A stretch of DNA of 63,823 bases, filler included, from Hausera hauseri (taxonomy: Eukaryota): NCBI GenBank assembly GCA_046269625.1. It is 13 parts of 13 records of this genome, joined end to end, with 100 filler letters (N's around TTAATTAATTAA, not from the genome) between each part and the next. Parts side by side here need not be neighbours in the genome. Positions count along the whole stretch, not along the records: positions 59,411 to 63,823 come from JBJURY010594000.1; 12 more parts are not named here. One strand, written 5' to 3'. Of the stretch, positions 62,325 to 63,823 are shown one piece after another. The translations under genes and the position numbers were made by a program. Every line of letters begins with the position of its first letter. Position 1 is the stretch's first letter. The notes beneath the pieces were generated by a model. The model made no database searches. It worked only from the letters and a program-made list of their open reading frames with translations, and was not told the DNA's origin.

Positions 62325-62860
62325 ATGTTTCATACTGTAACATCTATAAAGAGTAGAATGCTATTGTTTTCAGTTCTACCGTGAACTTAATGTTTTCATG
62401 CAATCCATTTAATAATGTCAGATATTTACCTATATGATCCTTTTCTTTAAATACAAGAAATATGTCATCTACATATCTTTTATACACTTTGGGGGCATAG
62501 TCAATATCTCGTGGTATTTTGGCTTCAAATGATTGTAGGAACAACGATGCCAAAGTAGGTGCTAATGGAGAACCCATTGCCACTCCGTCAACTTGCTCAT
62601 ACCATTCGTTATTAAATAAGAATCTTACATTTTGTATGCAAAATTCCAAGAGGACCTTTAATGCACGTTTAGTTAATCCATTATTTCCGTTCCAAGCTTC
62701 AATACATATTTCAATGGTTTAATTCACCGGCATATTCGTGAAAAGTGATAAAATATTAAAAGAAGTCATCACTTCACCGCTCTCAATAATTCTATCCGAT
62801 ATGTATTGCACAAGTCTAAAAATGTTTACATCCTAAACTGTTTGCTTTCAATCATTCCAA
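62325..62860 (-). mobile_element. Penelope-like reverse transcriptase core fragment
   Basis: SLFTNMPV, YEQVDGVAMGSPLAPTLA, YKRYVDDIF, IKFTVE. Confidence 0.93.
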
Positions 62861-63165
62861 TGAATATATTAATACGAATCACTATATGAAATATGCGTCG
62901 CTGAAAATCCTTCAAACATTAAAAATGAAAATATCATTTGTAAATTTGATAAGGGTTGCGGCTTTGCTGTTGTAGATAACGAGGAATATACCATAAAAGT
63001 TCTATAGATTTTAAATTGTGAAAAATTCAAGGTCAAGCTCAGTAAAAACGGAATTCCAATACCGACCTCAGAGTGATATATATTGAAACAACTGTTGATC
63101 CCGAAATACAATCTTTTCCTTATGGATCCCACGTGGATATCGAGAGGACACACTGATTTAGCTAA
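62860..63165 (+). mobile_element. Penelope-like RT N-terminal fragment in inverted orientation
   Basis: IICKFDKGCGFAVVDNEEY matches the conserved DKG motif that precedes the PLE RT core. Confidence 0.7.
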
Positions 63166-63823
63166 AAAAAATCAATCCTTGTAAATCAATTATATAATCA
63201 ATAATAAAGTATGTATTGAAACTTTGGCTGGTTGTGTATTACTGTCACGTCCTTCATGAAATACAGTTATTGAAAGTAATCGTAATGCTTTGTGGGGCAA
63301 ATAATCAATAATCGATATTTGTTTTCTGTCGAGAAGCCATTCATTCAATCGCCAATTTATATTAAATGATTAGTCACTGCAGTCTGTATTGATAAACGTA
63401 ATTACAAAACAAAGTCTCAAAAACAAATGGAAACTAAATAAGCTTTTCTCTAACATTAAATCTTTGCCGTTTGTTGTATCATCGAATTCCGCATGGTAAA
63501 TTAATAAAAAGAAGTCAAATTGCCGTAATGCAGAGTTTACTAATTCGAGTCACAAGTTAATTTACCCAACAATAAGCTTCAACAATCTCCGACTGATTTT
63601 CTTTTCATCTTTGTTTTTGTTTTAATTTGATGACACAAGCATATTAATTGAAATAAACTTTCTGAAAACTCATGAGACTCAGTTCTTCTGCATTTTCACA
63701 CAGATGCATAATTTGTTTGTGTGCCTTGTTTAAATATGCAATTGTATTCATTTGTTAAACGATTTTGAAAGAGGGAAACAGTTTATTCTACTGCCCTTTC
63801 AGCAAATATAGTTTTCTGAATAA

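Noticed and set aside
63165-63823. Possible coding remnant at the window end
   Set aside because: No motif or sustained frame that I can support.

Overview
This window is not one continuous locus. It is 13 short contigs (about 4-7 kb each) joined by identical artificial 100-bp linkers (N-run + TTAATTAATTAA + N-run, stops in all six frames), so adjacency across linkers means nothing. The content is AT-rich, repeat-dominated invertebrate animal DNA; the element repertoire would fit a flatworm such as a planarian, but that is unverified inference. Almost everything is decayed mobile DNA: three Polinton/Maverick-type protein-primed DNA polymerase genes with accessory ORFs and AGT-ended terminal repeats, a NeSL/R2-type non-LTR element, a Helitron, three Ty3/Gypsy elements, hATm, Tigger and Tc1/mariner remnants, Penelope fragments with a hammerhead motif, two tRNA-derived SINEs, RTE/RNase H scraps and a 4-kb GA-rich microsatellite. 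There are also disrupted fragments of host genes (SANBR/KIAA1841, MED12, DYNC1H1, PKA catalytic subunit). The most unusual item is at 47168-52321 (- strand): a formerly continuous ~1700-codon ORF reading CCHC zinc knuckle, acidic/coiled-coil region, ubiquitin-like domain, internal signal peptide, then a complete chuvirus-type envelope glycoprotein. Other notable items are a Gypsy element whose pol runs into a furin-cleaved FN3-plus-TM membrane protein, a NeSL-like element with two Ulp1-type protease domains, and a 121-bp mini-Polinton with TIRs and a 6-bp TSD. All family assignments come from motif recognition by eye; no searches were run.
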